Made by a program: the position numbers and the translations under genes. From Candidatus Hodarchaeum mangrovi (GTDB taxonomy: Archaea; Asgardarchaeota; Heimdallarchaeia; Hodarchaeales; Hodarchaeaceae): a stretch of DNA of 64,000 bases. The stretch is from the NCBI GenBank assembly GCA_016839515.1, contig JAEOUE010000254.1:20932-84931 (forward strand). The letters are read 5' to 3'. The notes under the pieces were generated by a model. The model ran no database searches and was not told the origin of the DNA. It was given only the letters and a program-made list of their open reading frames with translations. This document shows, in pieces, positions 20,593-30,976 of this stretch (position 1 is its first letter; the number at the start of each line of letters is the position of its first letter).

Positions 20593-20862
20593 TTACTTTC
20601 GAATTCTTCTCACTTCATAAATCACTGGGTTCCAAGCGTCAGGACAAGCATGAGTACTTACATCTGGATTTTCTAACCAAGGAAATTCAGCTCCATATGC
20701 CATTGCAAATACTTTAGGCATAATTGAGTAAAGAGCGTGTAGACAGATTTTCCCACTTATCTCATTCCTTTCAAACGAGATTAAAACTTCGTCTCCGATT
20801 TTATGTCCTGCTACGCAAGTTCCTTCTTGATTTTTTACGATTAATTTGATATTATAGGTCAT
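20593..20862 (-). CDS. TIGR04076-like small Cys-containing protein
   Basis: CVAGHKIGD, ICLHA, CPD pattern. Confidence 0.8.
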   Translation of the reverse strand: MTYNIKLIVKNQEGTCVAGHKIGDEVLISFERNEISGKICLHALYSIMPKVFAMAYGAEFPWLENPDVSTHACPDAWNPVIYEVRRIRK

Positions 20863-20953
20863 TTTTGAATCCCAATTGCTTAAGAATATGTAGTGATCTC
20901 TTATTAGGAGCTTATATTTACATCTACAGTCTTAATATAATTATATCTATGAC

Positions 20954-21565
20954 CTATTTTTTATTAACTAAAAAATCATCTAACAGTTTTGAATTACTTC
21001 TTTTCATTGTTACTTTAGTATCCCACTTCTTAGAAAGATTAAGGATAGAACTTGACTCCTTTTTACCTTGTATTAGTTGTGATAATGCAAAACTTTCCCA
21101 AAGTTCATGAAAGTTTCCATCTGTTAAATTTTGCAAAAGAGGATTCAATGGCATTCGTGATTCGTATTCTTTTAATACATAGTTTAATTCTTTTTTTGTC
21201 ATTTTTATCCTATTTGAGTTATCGATAATAAAAACACCCCTATTAGACTCGAAAAGGATAATAAAGAGTGGAAATCGTTTCTTAAGAAAATATAAAAAGG
21301 GTTTTTCATTATGATGGACTAGTTTTTTAGAAGAGGCATATAAAATTCCATGAGGAGAGACAGATAATCGTAAAAATGCTTTATGAGAATGAAGATCTGT
21401 ATCCACCTCTCTACTCATCCGTACGGCCTTTTTGGCAATTGGATTGCCAATATTTTCTAAAATTTCCTTTGATAAGGTCTTTACTTCTTCAAGAAATTTG
21501 TCGTCAACTTCCTTATGACGACTTAATGCCCTGATAACCTTCTTCTTGTGAATTCTCCTTATCAT
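20954..21565 (-). CDS. DUF4130 / TIGR03915-like putative DNA metabolism protein
   Basis: EVDTDLHSHKAFLRL, KRFP and FHELWESF; directly downstream of its usual radical SAM partner. Confidence 0.75.
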   Translation of the reverse strand: MIRRIHKKKVIRALSRHKEVDDKFLEEVKTLSKEILENIGNPIAKKAVRMSREVDTDLHSHKAFLRLSVSPHGILYASSKKLVHHNEKPFLYFLKKRFPLFIILFESNRGVFIIDNSNRIKMTKKELNYVLKEYESRMPLNPLLQNLTDGNFHELWESFALSQLIQGKKESSSILNLSKKWDTKVTMKRSNSKLLDDFLVNKK

Positions 21566-21589
21566 ATTCTTTACCCAAAGAAAGAGGAT

Positions 21590-22744
21590 TTAATTGAAAA
21601 ATCCATTTAAATTGGTTTGTTTTCTTCCATTTACAATTAAAAATGGTTTAGCTCTCTTTAAAACAACTCCGAGTTGACAAAGATCTTTATAACTCTTAAT
21701 TTTATGATTTATTTTTCTTAAATTACAAATCCGTTTTGCGGAGACTTCTCCTATTCCTGGGCATCTTAATAACTCCTCATAGCTCGCTTCATTGACATCT
21801 AAGGGAAATATTTTATCTTCAAATGCGATTGCTAGTTTCGGATCGATATGTAAAGGTAACATGCCATCCTCATTGAGAATAGAAATTATTTCTTCTTTTT
21901 TATAGGAATATTTTCGGAATAACCAGTCAATTCGATATAGAAAATTCTCTCGCTTTGATATTGTATAGGGAAGTTTAACTTTCTCTAGTGGAGTTTCTTT
22001 CATTGGAGTAAAAGCAGAAAAATATCCTCGCTTAAGGTTAAGATGCTTATATTCCCAAACAAGTCTTTCAAAAATCTCTTTGTCTGACTCACTTGAAGCC
22101 CCTATAATAAATTGCGTTGTGTGGCCTGCAGGAGTTAAGCCAGATTCAATCAACTGCATAATGATCTTTTGAGGTCTAATAATATCTAGAATGTAATCTT
22201 TTGTACTTGAAACTTCTGTTAGTCTTGTAGCGCTGGGAACTTCTATATTTAGACTAACTCTATCAGCAATTTCCATAATTCTTCTAATCTGATATTTTTC
22301 AGTTCCAGGTAATATCTTAATATGGATATATCCTCTGAATTTATACTGATATCTAATTAAATCAATTGCTTCAATTATTTTCTCTGTAGTTTCATATACA
22401 CTTTTTAAAACCCCCGATGACAGAAAAAGTCCTTCAACGTAATTTCTAATATATAACCCAATAAAAGCTTTAGCTAATTCCTCTGGTGTGAACATAGTTT
22501 TTAATTTGGCTTTAGAACACCGATTTATGCAATAAAAACAGTCATTAAGACAATAATTTGTCATAAGAACTTTAAAAAGACTAATACACCTTCCATCAGG
22601 GCTAAAAGCGTGACATATACCAGCATGATGCGGATTTCCAATTCTATCTCCATTAAATACGTTTCTAGGTGAAGCCATGGATGCACATATATCAAATTTG
22701 CTTGCATTACCTAAAATTTCGATTTTTCTTTGTAATTCACCCAA
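21590..22744 (-). CDS. Putative DNA modification/repair radical SAM protein (TIGR03916-like) with HhH domain
   Basis: GICHAFSPDGRCISLFK, CLNDCFYC, EGLFLSSG, HhH LLRCPGIG. Confidence 0.92.
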   Translation of the reverse strand: MGELQRKIEILGNASKFDICASMASPRNVFNGDRIGNPHHAGICHAFSPDGRCISLFKVLMTNYCLNDCFYCINRCSKAKLKTMFTPEELAKAFIGLYIRNYVEGLFLSSGVLKSVYETTEKIIEAIDLIRYQYKFRGYIHIKILPGTEKYQIRRIMEIADRVSLNIEVPSATRLTEVSSTKDYILDIIRPQKIIMQLIESGLTPAGHTTQFIIGASSESDKEIFERLVWEYKHLNLKRGYFSAFTPMKETPLEKVKLPYTISKRENFLYRIDWLFRKYSYKKEEIISILNEDGMLPLHIDPKLAIAFEDKIFPLDVNEASYEELLRCPGIGEVSAKRICNLRKINHKIKSYKDLCQLGVVLKRAKPFLIVNGRKQTNLNGFFN

Positions 22745-22936
22745 ATGTAATCCAACATCTAGATAAGGTTTTTATTAAATGAAATCATGAAACTCATTTT
22801 ATATCCTATATTCTATTACCTCAAAATAAAAAAAGGCTGAATTTCTTACTAGTCTAATCATACGTATAATCAATAAAAATTCTTGTAAATAAAATACCGA
22901 GATTCCATTTCTAAATCGTTAATAAGAGGATTAATC

Positions 22937-23644
22937 TTGAGTAAACACCCAATAAATAAAAATGATAAAAATTTAGGGTGGCGTTGGGAGTTGGTCACAA
23001 ACATTGATGAATGGAAAATTCCTGATGGACAGGTTATGAGATTGGCTTTTATTCTAGAAAAAGAGAAAGAGAAGAAGATCCTTGATATAGGATGCGGATT
23101 AGGAAGACATATTGTCTATTTCGCAAGACAAGGCTTTCAGGTATGTGGGATTGATATATCAGAACATGCAGTATCACATACTAATAAATGGTTAAGAGAA
23201 GAAAAATTAGAAGCTGATGTCCATAAAGGGGCATTTACAAGCATAAATTACCCAAATAACACATTTAACCTTGTAATTGCTTTAAATGTAATTTATCATG
23301 GATTTAAAAAAGAAATTATAAAAGGATTCTCCGAAGTTTTACGTATTCTTAAACCTGGGGGGATATTTTATGGAACCCTTAAGACAAAAAGTAAAGATGA
23401 ACCTTTCGATAACGAAGGTATAGAAATAATTAATAACCAGACGATTATTTTGAGAGAAGGAATAGAAGCTAATGTTCCTCACTACTTTTCTTATAAAGAG
23501 GATTTGATTGAATTTTTTCAGGGTTATGAAGTAGACAAAATAATCTATTGTGAATATTTTTACCCCCCACAATTAGTAAAGTCATTTATTAAAAAAGCTG
23601 GATCTGGTTATTTTCATTATTTTCTAAAAAAACCCGCAAATTAG
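22937..23644 (+). CDS. Class I SAM-dependent methyltransferase
   Basis: ILDIGCGLGRH, GIDIS, LKPGG. Confidence 0.9.
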   Translation: MSKHPINKNDKNLGWRWELVTNIDEWKIPDGQVMRLAFILEKEKEKKILDIGCGLGRHIVYFARQGFQVCGIDISEHAVSHTNKWLREEKLEADVHKGAFTSINYPNNTFNLVIALNVIYHGFKKEIIKGFSEVLRILKPGGIFYGTLKTKSKDEPFDNEGIEIINNQTIILREGIEANVPHYFSYKEDLIEFFQGYEVDKIIYCEYFYPPQLVKSFIKKAGSGYFHYFLKKPAN

Positions 23645-23675
23645 ACTTAAAAATCTATGCTCAATAATAAATATT

Positions 23676-24278
23676 ATGGCATTTATCTATAAACCAGGAT
23701 ATCTACACACCATCATTGGCCCAATGAAGAGTGGAAAAACAGAAAAATTTATTGAAATTTTCGCAAATCTAAAATTTAGTGATATTCAAGGGATAGTTTT
23801 CAATCCAGCTATTAATACACGTGATCCAGTAATTCGAAGTCGGATTTCTAATAGATGGCTCGAAACCATTAGAATCGATGAATTACACCCTGAGAATGTC
23901 TTTAGACATGTGTCTGATTCACAGAATGTGATGGTTGGATTTGATGAGACACAATTTTTTGCTATGAGTATTATTACGGTGATTGATAAACTTTTAGAAC
24001 AGGATTTTCATATTGTTGCTTCAGGACTGTTGTTAGATTTTCGTGGTGAACCATTTGGCCCGATGCCAACATTAGTAGGTCAAGCACATGAAATCACGAA
24101 ACTTTCAGCTATTTGTGAATATCCAGGCTGTAACAGACATGCAACACAAACCCAGAGGTTAATTAATGGAAAACCTGCCGATTACAATAGTCCAACTGTT
24201 TTAATTGAAGGAGGTGGATATAATGAAGAGTATCAGGCACGTTGTCTTCGTCATCATCATGTTCCTCGCTCTTCTTAA
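23676..24278 (+). CDS. tdk: Thymidine kinase
   Basis: GPMKSGKT, DETQF, GLLLDFRGEPFG and Zn-binding Cys/His residues. Confidence 0.93.
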   Translation: MAFIYKPGYLHTIIGPMKSGKTEKFIEIFANLKFSDIQGIVFNPAINTRDPVIRSRISNRWLETIRIDELHPENVFRHVSDSQNVMVGFDETQFFAMSIITVIDKLLEQDFHIVASGLLLDFRGEPFGPMPTLVGQAHEITKLSAICEYPGCNRHATQTQRLINGKPADYNSPTVLIEGGGYNEEYQARCLRHHHVPRSS

Positions 24279-25393
24279 TTCATCGCACATCGATTCGGCC
24301 CGATTTCCAAGTCATTGATCTGGTTTGGGGCCAAAATTGTCTTACCAGCATTAATATTACGTATTTTTTGATAAGAAGGTGGATGAGGTAGCGTTTCTAC
24401 ACGATTTACTGCATATTCGATAAATTCGTTTTCTGTTTTGTCAACTATTGGATTTTGAATGAAAGTTCTTACATCAGTTAGTAATGGTTTATTAAAGTGC
24501 TCTAGTGTGAATTTCCCGTGATGAGCTGGAGCAATAAACATATCTTGAGACAAAGATTTGTATAAAGTCATACTCCTATATAAATCGCTGGCAAATTCTC
24601 TTGCTTTGTTTGCTAGATCAGGTCTACCAACACCATCAGCAAAAATTGTATCCCCAGATAGAATACCATATCCATCGATAGAGAAAGAATATGAACCAAA
24701 GGTATGACCTGGAGTATGGAGACTTTTTAAATACGTACCATTTAACTGAAATTTATCATTGTGTTTGATAGGTGTATATTCTATCGATTTAAATTCATAT
24801 GGGTCTTGACTTGAAAGAAATAGTGAAGCATCACATTTTTCAGCAAGATTTATTGCCCCGCTCACATGATCGGCATGCAAATGAGTATCAATAACCTTAG
24901 TTATAGTTAGATCATTAGTACGAGAGTATTCTAAATACGGGTCAAGATTAAATGCAGGATCGATAACCAAGGCTTCATCTTTTCCAATTAACATGTACGA
25001 AAGACAACCCTTTGCGATACGACGAAATTGTATCATTTTAACCCCATCATTCCTCAAAACTTCCTCATGATCAAATATACTATTCCATAGGGTTAATCCA
25101 CCTTCAAGAGATAATGCATTCAAACCTTTCTTTTGAAGGTCCTTTGCAGCTATTTTTGAATCATTCCCTGATCCACATACTGTGATAATTTCTTGACTTT
25201 GAAATTCAGGTGGTAATTCTTCCTTCTTGGTCGAAAGAAGAGTCATTATAGGGATATTAAGGCTATCAAAGATTGTCCACTCCTTATGTTTTTGGATTCC
25301 CCGTACATCTAATAAAAGGGGCCTGTAACCATTGCGTAGTTGTTGATAAAGTACTTTAGGGGATATTTCAATCCTCAATTCAGATTGTGGCAA
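24275..25393 (-). CDS. Rhodanese + MBL-fold hydrolase fusion (persulfide dioxygenase-like)
   Basis: LLDVR, VCGSG, THLHADH, TPGHT, GRPDL, C-terminal GPNRCA. Confidence 0.88.
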   Translation of the reverse strand: MPQSELRIEISPKVLYQQLRNGYRPLLLDVRGIQKHKEWTIFDSLNIPIMTLLSTKKEELPPEFQSQEIITVCGSGNDSKIAAKDLQKKGLNALSLEGGLTLWNSIFDHEEVLRNDGVKMIQFRRIAKGCLSYMLIGKDEALVIDPAFNLDPYLEYSRTNDLTITKVIDTHLHADHVSGAINLAEKCDASLFLSSQDPYEFKSIEYTPIKHNDKFQLNGTYLKSLHTPGHTFGSYSFSIDGYGILSGDTIFADGVGRPDLANKAREFASDLYRSMTLYKSLSQDMFIAPAHHGKFTLEHFNKPLLTDVRTFIQNPIVDKTENEFIEYAVNRVETLPHPPSYQKIRNINAGKTILAPNQINDLEIGPNRCAMN

Positions 25394-25800
25394 TTTTACT
25401 CACTTTTTTTAATTAAATTGACTTTTAATAATAAAAATTTATATTTTCTTTTACGATTGTAGTTGGAAATTTCAGTTCTTACAAGGATCGCTAAAAAAAT
25501 GTAAAATTTAATTCGCTGGTTGATAGAAAACAATATTTGTTCTTGAATTAAGAAGTCAAATGTAGAGGCTTAGATATTTTGATTAGAATATATGATGAAA
25601 ACTCATCTGAAATATCCCTTTCATATTTTCTATTCCTGACCTTTAAAGCTCTCCATATGATTGGTTATCTCACGATCAGAATATATTTCATTTTCTCAAC
25701 TTTTTGGATTTAATTTGCTTTTTTTTGTCCTTTCTGTTTTCTACAGCAGTAGGTTTCCTTTACATTAGGATAGTGGAGCTAAATTATTAATTAATCATCA

Positions 25801-26121
25801 TTAAGACCGATCAAAAGGTTCTCCGCATTTTGGACAGAAATTTCCTTTAAAGTTAGCCCCACAAATCCCGCAGCTGACCCATCTTGATGGTGAAGGCTTC
25901 TCCTTTTCATGTGGTGAAGAGGAATATTCCCTAACATTCATTAAACCTTTTTCATCGGTAAAAAACTGTGTGTATCCACATTCAGCACAGATATAAATTT
26001 CAAGGGTTGCAGTTTTAGGAAATGCTATTGGTACAGAAAATGTATACATTCCTGGGCTAAATTTAAATGCTCCACGGATGTCAGAAGCTCCACAATTCGG
26101 ACAATGCTGGACAAATCTCAT
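25801..26121 (-). CDS. Multi Zn-ribbon protein
   Basis: Four CxxC pairs. Confidence 0.75.
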   Translation of the reverse strand: MRFVQHCPNCGASDIRGAFKFSPGMYTFSVPIAFPKTATLEIYICAECGYTQFFTDEKGLMNVREYSSSPHEKEKPSPSRWVSCGICGANFKGNFCPKCGEPFDRS

Positions 26122-26249
26122 GTTTAATATAATTGATTCTTTAGGTTAATATTCCTGTTGATTCCAGAAGAGTATTTGTATAGAAGTTAAATAAAGATCT
26201 TGGCTTCTATTTCTTTTTGCAATTGAAATTTAGATTTTTAAGAAATCTA

Positions 26250-26747
26250 TTAGGTAAAGGAGGGTTTTGAATATAAATTAATTAAATAATAAATTTGGCC
26301 CCTATGATAATTATCATGGTCATACCATTCTTCCAACAATTGAAATATTTTCATCTTTTCTCCCCAAGGTGCCTTTGTGTCCTTTTCATAAGAGGAATCT
26401 TCTGCTTCTAGAATATGTTCTGAAAAATCTTCAGTGACTAGGAATTTTTCCTTAATTTCTTCTAATGAATAATGTACTCTCTCTTCTATTCGGAAAAAGA
26501 CATTTCTGACCCATTGTGCTCGCACACTTAAATCAGTTTGACTACGATTTGGATCAAAACTTTGATGAATATACCGAATTTCAGAACCAAGGATATGCCG
26601 TAATATTTCGTCTATTGACCATAAATTTTCTTTTGGTCTTTTTTTAAATTCATCTTCATTAAATTGTGTCAAATTTTCCCATAATTGTTGACGATGTCTT
26701 AATATTCTTGAATAACGACCTTTCCAAATTTTTCTATATGAATCCAA
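26250..26747 (-). CDS. DinB family protein
   Basis: WSIDEILRH and HDNYHRGQ. Confidence 0.85.
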   Translation of the reverse strand: MDSYRKIWKGRYSRILRHRQQLWENLTQFNEDEFKKRPKENLWSIDEILRHILGSEIRYIHQSFDPNRSQTDLSVRAQWVRNVFFRIEERVHYSLEEIKEKFLVTEDFSEHILEAEDSSYEKDTKAPWGEKMKIFQLLEEWYDHDNYHRGQIYYLINLYSKPSFT

Positions 26748-26748
26748 A

Positions 26749-27564
26749 TTAAAACACCTTCTTTTTTCGACAAGAAATTATCAATGAAAAAGGAATAATT
26801 TGATTGACCCGAATGAATTTTTCATTAATTTTTCTATCGTAATATGCAAGTTCCTTAAAATTTGATTGTCGAAGCTGTTCTCTGTTAAAACCTTTTGGTT
26901 CTACAATTCTTTCAATTAGAAAACCAGAGTTAATTAGACCATTAATTAACTCTTCAAAGCGTCTATATCGTTGACCAAATGAAGCGATTTTTTGTTGATT
27001 TTCATCCTCCCAATTCCATATGTCACGTGATTCATTAAAATATGAATATATTTTCTCGAAGTTGTATTCTTCTAAGGCTTCCCATAAGACAAATTGAATT
27101 GGATGTAAAATACAGATTAGAAATTGTCCATTATTCCTTAAAATTCTAAAACTCTCATTGAAGACTTTCTGAATATCTTCTACATAACTGATTGCATGTA
27201 CGGAAATAATTAGATCAAATGATTCATCTAGAAAAGTTGTGGAAAGATTTTCCATATCTTGCCTTATAAACTTTATATTCACATTTTCTCTTGAAGCAAG
27301 ACCTTGAGCATAAAGTAATTGTTTTTCAGAGATATCTAATCCAGTGACAGATTTAGCTCCCCACTTTGCTAAAACAATGGATATTTGTCCTCCTCCACAC
27401 CCTAATTCGAGGCAATCTTTACCTTTGACACCATCTAATAACTTCAAATGCTTTTCACTGGGAGCATAAGGACCATAATGAACATCCTCTAGAGATATAA
27501 TTGTTTGAGCTTGATAATAATCGCTTAATTTATCCCAAGAAATTCTATTATCTTCATTTGACAT
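26749..27564 (-). CDS. Class I SAM-dependent methyltransferase
   Basis: LELGCGGG, GLDIS. Confidence 0.9.
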   Translation of the reverse strand: MSNEDNRISWDKLSDYYQAQTIISLEDVHYGPYAPSEKHLKLLDGVKGKDCLELGCGGGQISIVLAKWGAKSVTGLDISEKQLLYAQGLASRENVNIKFIRQDMENLSTTFLDESFDLIISVHAISYVEDIQKVFNESFRILRNNGQFLICILHPIQFVLWEALEEYNFEKIYSYFNESRDIWNWEDENQQKIASFGQRYRRFEELINGLINSGFLIERIVEPKGFNREQLRQSNFKELAYYDRKINEKFIRVNQIIPFSLIISCRKKKVF

Positions 27565-28042
27565 AAATTGGCCTCTAATCTAAGATATTCGATAAAAATT
27601 ATTTATCTTATTGAATTGTTTAAAGTTTTTCCCTCTAATATGTCTTGAAGGAATTTTTCAACCGTATCAAAATCATTTTTAGGCTTTTTAGATGCATCTA
27701 GGGTTTTTAGAATACCTTCTCCCTCTTCAATGAGACATGAGAGATTGCTTTTTAGTTCTATTATAGTTATTGAATTAATTGTAATTAATCTTTTTATCAT
27801 TACATTTTTGAATAAAAAGATGAAAAAGTTCACTTTTACTAAAATGTCGCGATCCTACAATCATTAATGGGAGTCCCTTCTGACCTTGAAAGAGAATGAA
27901 ATATCCAAGCTCACCAAGTAAGGAAAAAATAATTTTAGCTCAAGTGGAAATTCTAGTCAATTCAATTGTTAAGCTAAAATAATATTAATAGTTCTTAAAT
28001 GCTTCCATCGGATTTTTAATTAATAAAAAGAGTGATGAAAAC

Positions 28043-28468
28043 TTGATAGAAATTCTTTCAATTGAGCAATATTCGCAAATATTAGATCTTTGGCATCTTA
28101 CCAATTTACCATTGAAAGAAAAAGGACGTGATAGTTATTTAAGCCTTGAAAAACAACTAAATACAGGATCAATTATTATTATAGGTTATTTTTCAGAGAA
28201 AACTTTGGTAGGTGTTGTATTAATAAGTCAAGATGGGAGAAAGGGATGGATAAATCGACTCGCAGTTCATCCAAATTATCGACGACAGGGTATTGCTTCT
28301 CAATTAATCCAATATTGTGAAAATTATTTTAAAAGCCTTGATATTACCGTTTATGGAGCTCTAATTGAAGCAGATAATACCCCAAGTAAAAATTGCTTCG
28401 AGAAAAACGGATGGAGCTGTTGGCCAGAGATTCAGTATTATTCAAAACGTAAAAGTGATCAGAGTTAA
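28043..28468 (+). CDS. GNAT acetyltransferase
   Basis: DGRKGWINRLAVHPNYRRQGIA. Confidence 0.9.
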   Translation: MIEILSIEQYSQILDLWHLTNLPLKEKGRDSYLSLEKQLNTGSIIIIGYFSEKTLVGVVLISQDGRKGWINRLAVHPNYRRQGIASQLIQYCENYFKSLDITVYGALIEADNTPSKNCFEKNGWSCWPEIQYYSKRKSDQS

Positions 28469-28478
28469 AATAGCTATT

Positions 28479-29528
28479 TTATAGATGAATAGGGAACCCG
28501 AAAGTTAATAATAATGTCATTATGATTAGGGGAATTATTCTAAGATAACCAACCTCACGTTCAAAACCCCATAAATATTCAATTGCCAAAAATAAGTAGA
28601 TTATAATAAAAACAAAGGAAAAAAATTCAAGTATTATTCCGAATGTTCCTGCATAATCTGTGATGTTAAAAATCAAAAAGCGAGCTTGATCAAAAGAAAC
28701 ATTATAATTTAGCACATATGTTTCATAATTACTCAATTGATTTATAAGAGCTAATATAGGAAGAAAAATCACTTTAGGCGCTATTAATACTGAAATTATT
28801 TTAAGAGTCTGTAAATATTCAATCTTCAAGGGAGCATCATAAGTTATTAAGTATATAACTGTTGTATATAATAGAAATAAGATTAAGTTAAGTATCAAGT
28901 ATCCAATTATACCATCACTAATTATTTCATTTTGAAGCGGTACCCATTCCATTTGTTTTACTGGATTTCCATAAACAAATCTTGGCACTGTGATAATTGT
29001 AAAGATTATTAGAATAATACTTGAAATTGTATAAAGAATGAGGAAAGGAATCCATGTATCAATACCATAACGAAGATAATTGAAAATCTTCTTAGGGAAA
29101 ATAAACATTTGAAATTGATAAATTGTTCCTGAAATAGAATCTCTTTTATTAGGGACAGGAATATTTTCCTTTTGACTAACGCCCCGAAGTTGAGAAAGAG
29201 GCATTCGACATGAAGGGCAAGTTTTCTTTTCAAGATCTCCTTCAGATAGACTTTTCAGACAAACTTGACAATACTCATAATTTAGGATTGAATCAAGTTC
29301 TTTACTAGAAAAATCCAACGAATCCTGTACAAATTGAGCCAATCCATGAACTGCCGTAAAGTATTGATAAGCAGTAATTTTTTTCTCCTTATAACGAATT
29401 TTTTGCTTTTTTAACCATTTAATCCAGCTATAAGTGGTTTTCTTATATTCAATCTTTTCTGGTGTCTTTTCCAATTCATCTGTTATGAAATTAATAATTG
29501 CTTCTAGTGGTATATCATTGCTACTCAT
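28479..29528 (-). CDS. Zn-ribbon + Yip1-like membrane protein
   Basis: CQVC...CPSC, then MFIFPKKIFNYL and about 5 TM helices. Confidence 0.55.
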   Translation of the reverse strand: MSSNDIPLEAIINFITDELEKTPEKIEYKKTTYSWIKWLKKQKIRYKEKKITAYQYFTAVHGLAQFVQDSLDFSSKELDSILNYEYCQVCLKSLSEGDLEKKTCPSCRMPLSQLRGVSQKENIPVPNKRDSISGTIYQFQMFIFPKKIFNYLRYGIDTWIPFLILYTISSIILIIFTIITVPRFVYGNPVKQMEWVPLQNEIISDGIIGYLILNLILFLLYTTVIYLITYDAPLKIEYLQTLKIISVLIAPKVIFLPILALINQLSNYETYVLNYNVSFDQARFLIFNITDYAGTFGIILEFFSFVFIIIYLFLAIEYLWGFEREVGYLRIIPLIIMTLLLTFGFPIHL

Positions 29529-29731
29529 TAAAAGCCCTCATTTGACTCTATTTAGCTTGAAATTATCAGGTTTTTAAAACCTAAAATAAAATATCCCTTA
29601 AAGATTTTAATTGTGATTTTTAATTGAATAAAATGCTTTTCAGAAAAACTATATAATATTTTGTTAAGCAGCACTTATTCTTTTCTTATTTTATTCTAAA
29701 TAAGAAGTTTTATTACGAATAAATACTAAAA

Positions 29732-30961
29732 ATGTATGGAGTCATTAGATTTATGTTCCAAATCCAATTATGCGGATTAATTATTTTTTTCTGTGAAGTG
29801 GTTTCTAACATTACTTTATTCTATTTTATAGCAAAAAGATACCGAAGAACGAAACTTCTTGTAGTAGCTATTCTTTCTAGTTTATATATCGTATTTATCG
29901 CTTTTATTGCTATAGAATTATTCTTTTTCCTTATAAACTTTAATAATCCTGTCAATGCTTATCTTGATGTGGGAAATAATTTTTTCACTTCCCTTTTACC
30001 CTTTTTTGGGGGTATATCTGCTGGGATTTTTCTTCTTTTCATAGAATATTTTCGTAATGAACGAATAAATCCAATTCACATGGGTATTTATGGTGTCTTT
30101 TTAGGAGCATTTATTCTAAATCTTCTTTATCATTACATCATCCCAGAAACAGTTAATATCAGTGAATTAACTCCGCCTTTGATGACCAATGATGTACAAG
30201 AGTTATTTTATTTTTTTCTAAGCTTTTTATTTTCTACTAATTTTCCTGCACCCTATTTTGTGGGTTATGTTGTCATTATAACTTTACATTCATTGAATCA
30301 AATAAATAAATTAATTGCTCCTCATGAAAAAATACAAAAACGTCAAATAAAGTTAATGGAATATTCGATCATTTTTTATTATCTTTTCACCCTTCTTTTA
30401 GTCGTTTCAGGCAATATTCTTAGAAACATTACACCCCCTGACGTCCAAGTTTTTTTGAAACATTTTGCTCCTCATATAACAGTTCTTTTAGGGCATTATA
30501 CAATGTTTCAAGCATATGTTAAAGCTCCTATTGGATTCTTGCAATTTCAACGAAATGAAAAAATTCTTGTTATGAACCAATCAGGTATTCCTTTATTTTC
30601 ATATGATTTTGAAGATTTTAATCAGGAAAAAATTTTTAGCACTCATCTAAAAGGGGAGCAAGATCTTCTCTTATCTGGGGGAGTCTATGCGGTTCTATCG
30701 CTTTTTCGAGATATGATCCAAACAACCAATATCAAATTAATTCAATTTGAAAAGAAACAACTCATGCTGGCTTATAATGATAATTTCATTACCTTTCTTA
30801 TAGTAGATAGAGTCTCTCAGTTTCTTTGGTCAGCATTAGAATCTTTTTGCCGTATGTTTAATCTAAGATATGGCAATGAAGCAGGAGAATTAACAGTGGT
30901 TCCTGTTTATATTTTTGATGATGCAGTTGAATTAGTAGCCTTAGCATTTGGTCGAAAGTAA
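29732..30961 (+). CDS. Multi-TM (~7) membrane protein with C-terminal longin-like domain
   Basis: About 7 hydrophobic helices, then ILVMNQSGIPLFSYDF...LLSGGVYAVLSLFRDM...FCRMFNLRY. Confidence 0.7.
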   Translation: MYGVIRFMFQIQLCGLIIFFCEVVSNITLFYFIAKRYRRTKLLVVAILSSLYIVFIAFIAIELFFFLINFNNPVNAYLDVGNNFFTSLLPFFGGISAGIFLLFIEYFRNERINPIHMGIYGVFLGAFILNLLYHYIIPETVNISELTPPLMTNDVQELFYFFLSFLFSTNFPAPYFVGYVVIITLHSLNQINKLIAPHEKIQKRQIKLMEYSIIFYYLFTLLLVVSGNILRNITPPDVQVFLKHFAPHITVLLGHYTMFQAYVKAPIGFLQFQRNEKILVMNQSGIPLFSYDFEDFNQEKIFSTHLKGEQDLLLSGGVYAVLSLFRDMIQTTNIKLIQFEKKQLMLAYNDNFITFLIVDRVSQFLWSALESFCRMFNLRYGNEAGELTVVPVYIFDDAVELVALAFGRK

Positions 30962-30976
30962 ATTTCGGATCCTTAT

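Noticed and set aside
25400-25800. 400 nt gap examined for an RNA gene or hidden ORF
   Set aside because: No tRNA-like fold, repeat or convincing reading frame seen.
27603-27833. 76 aa minus-strand ORF and adjoining gap to 28043
   Set aside because: Very AT-rich 5' half and no recognisable family. It may be a gene remnant but I cannot support a call.
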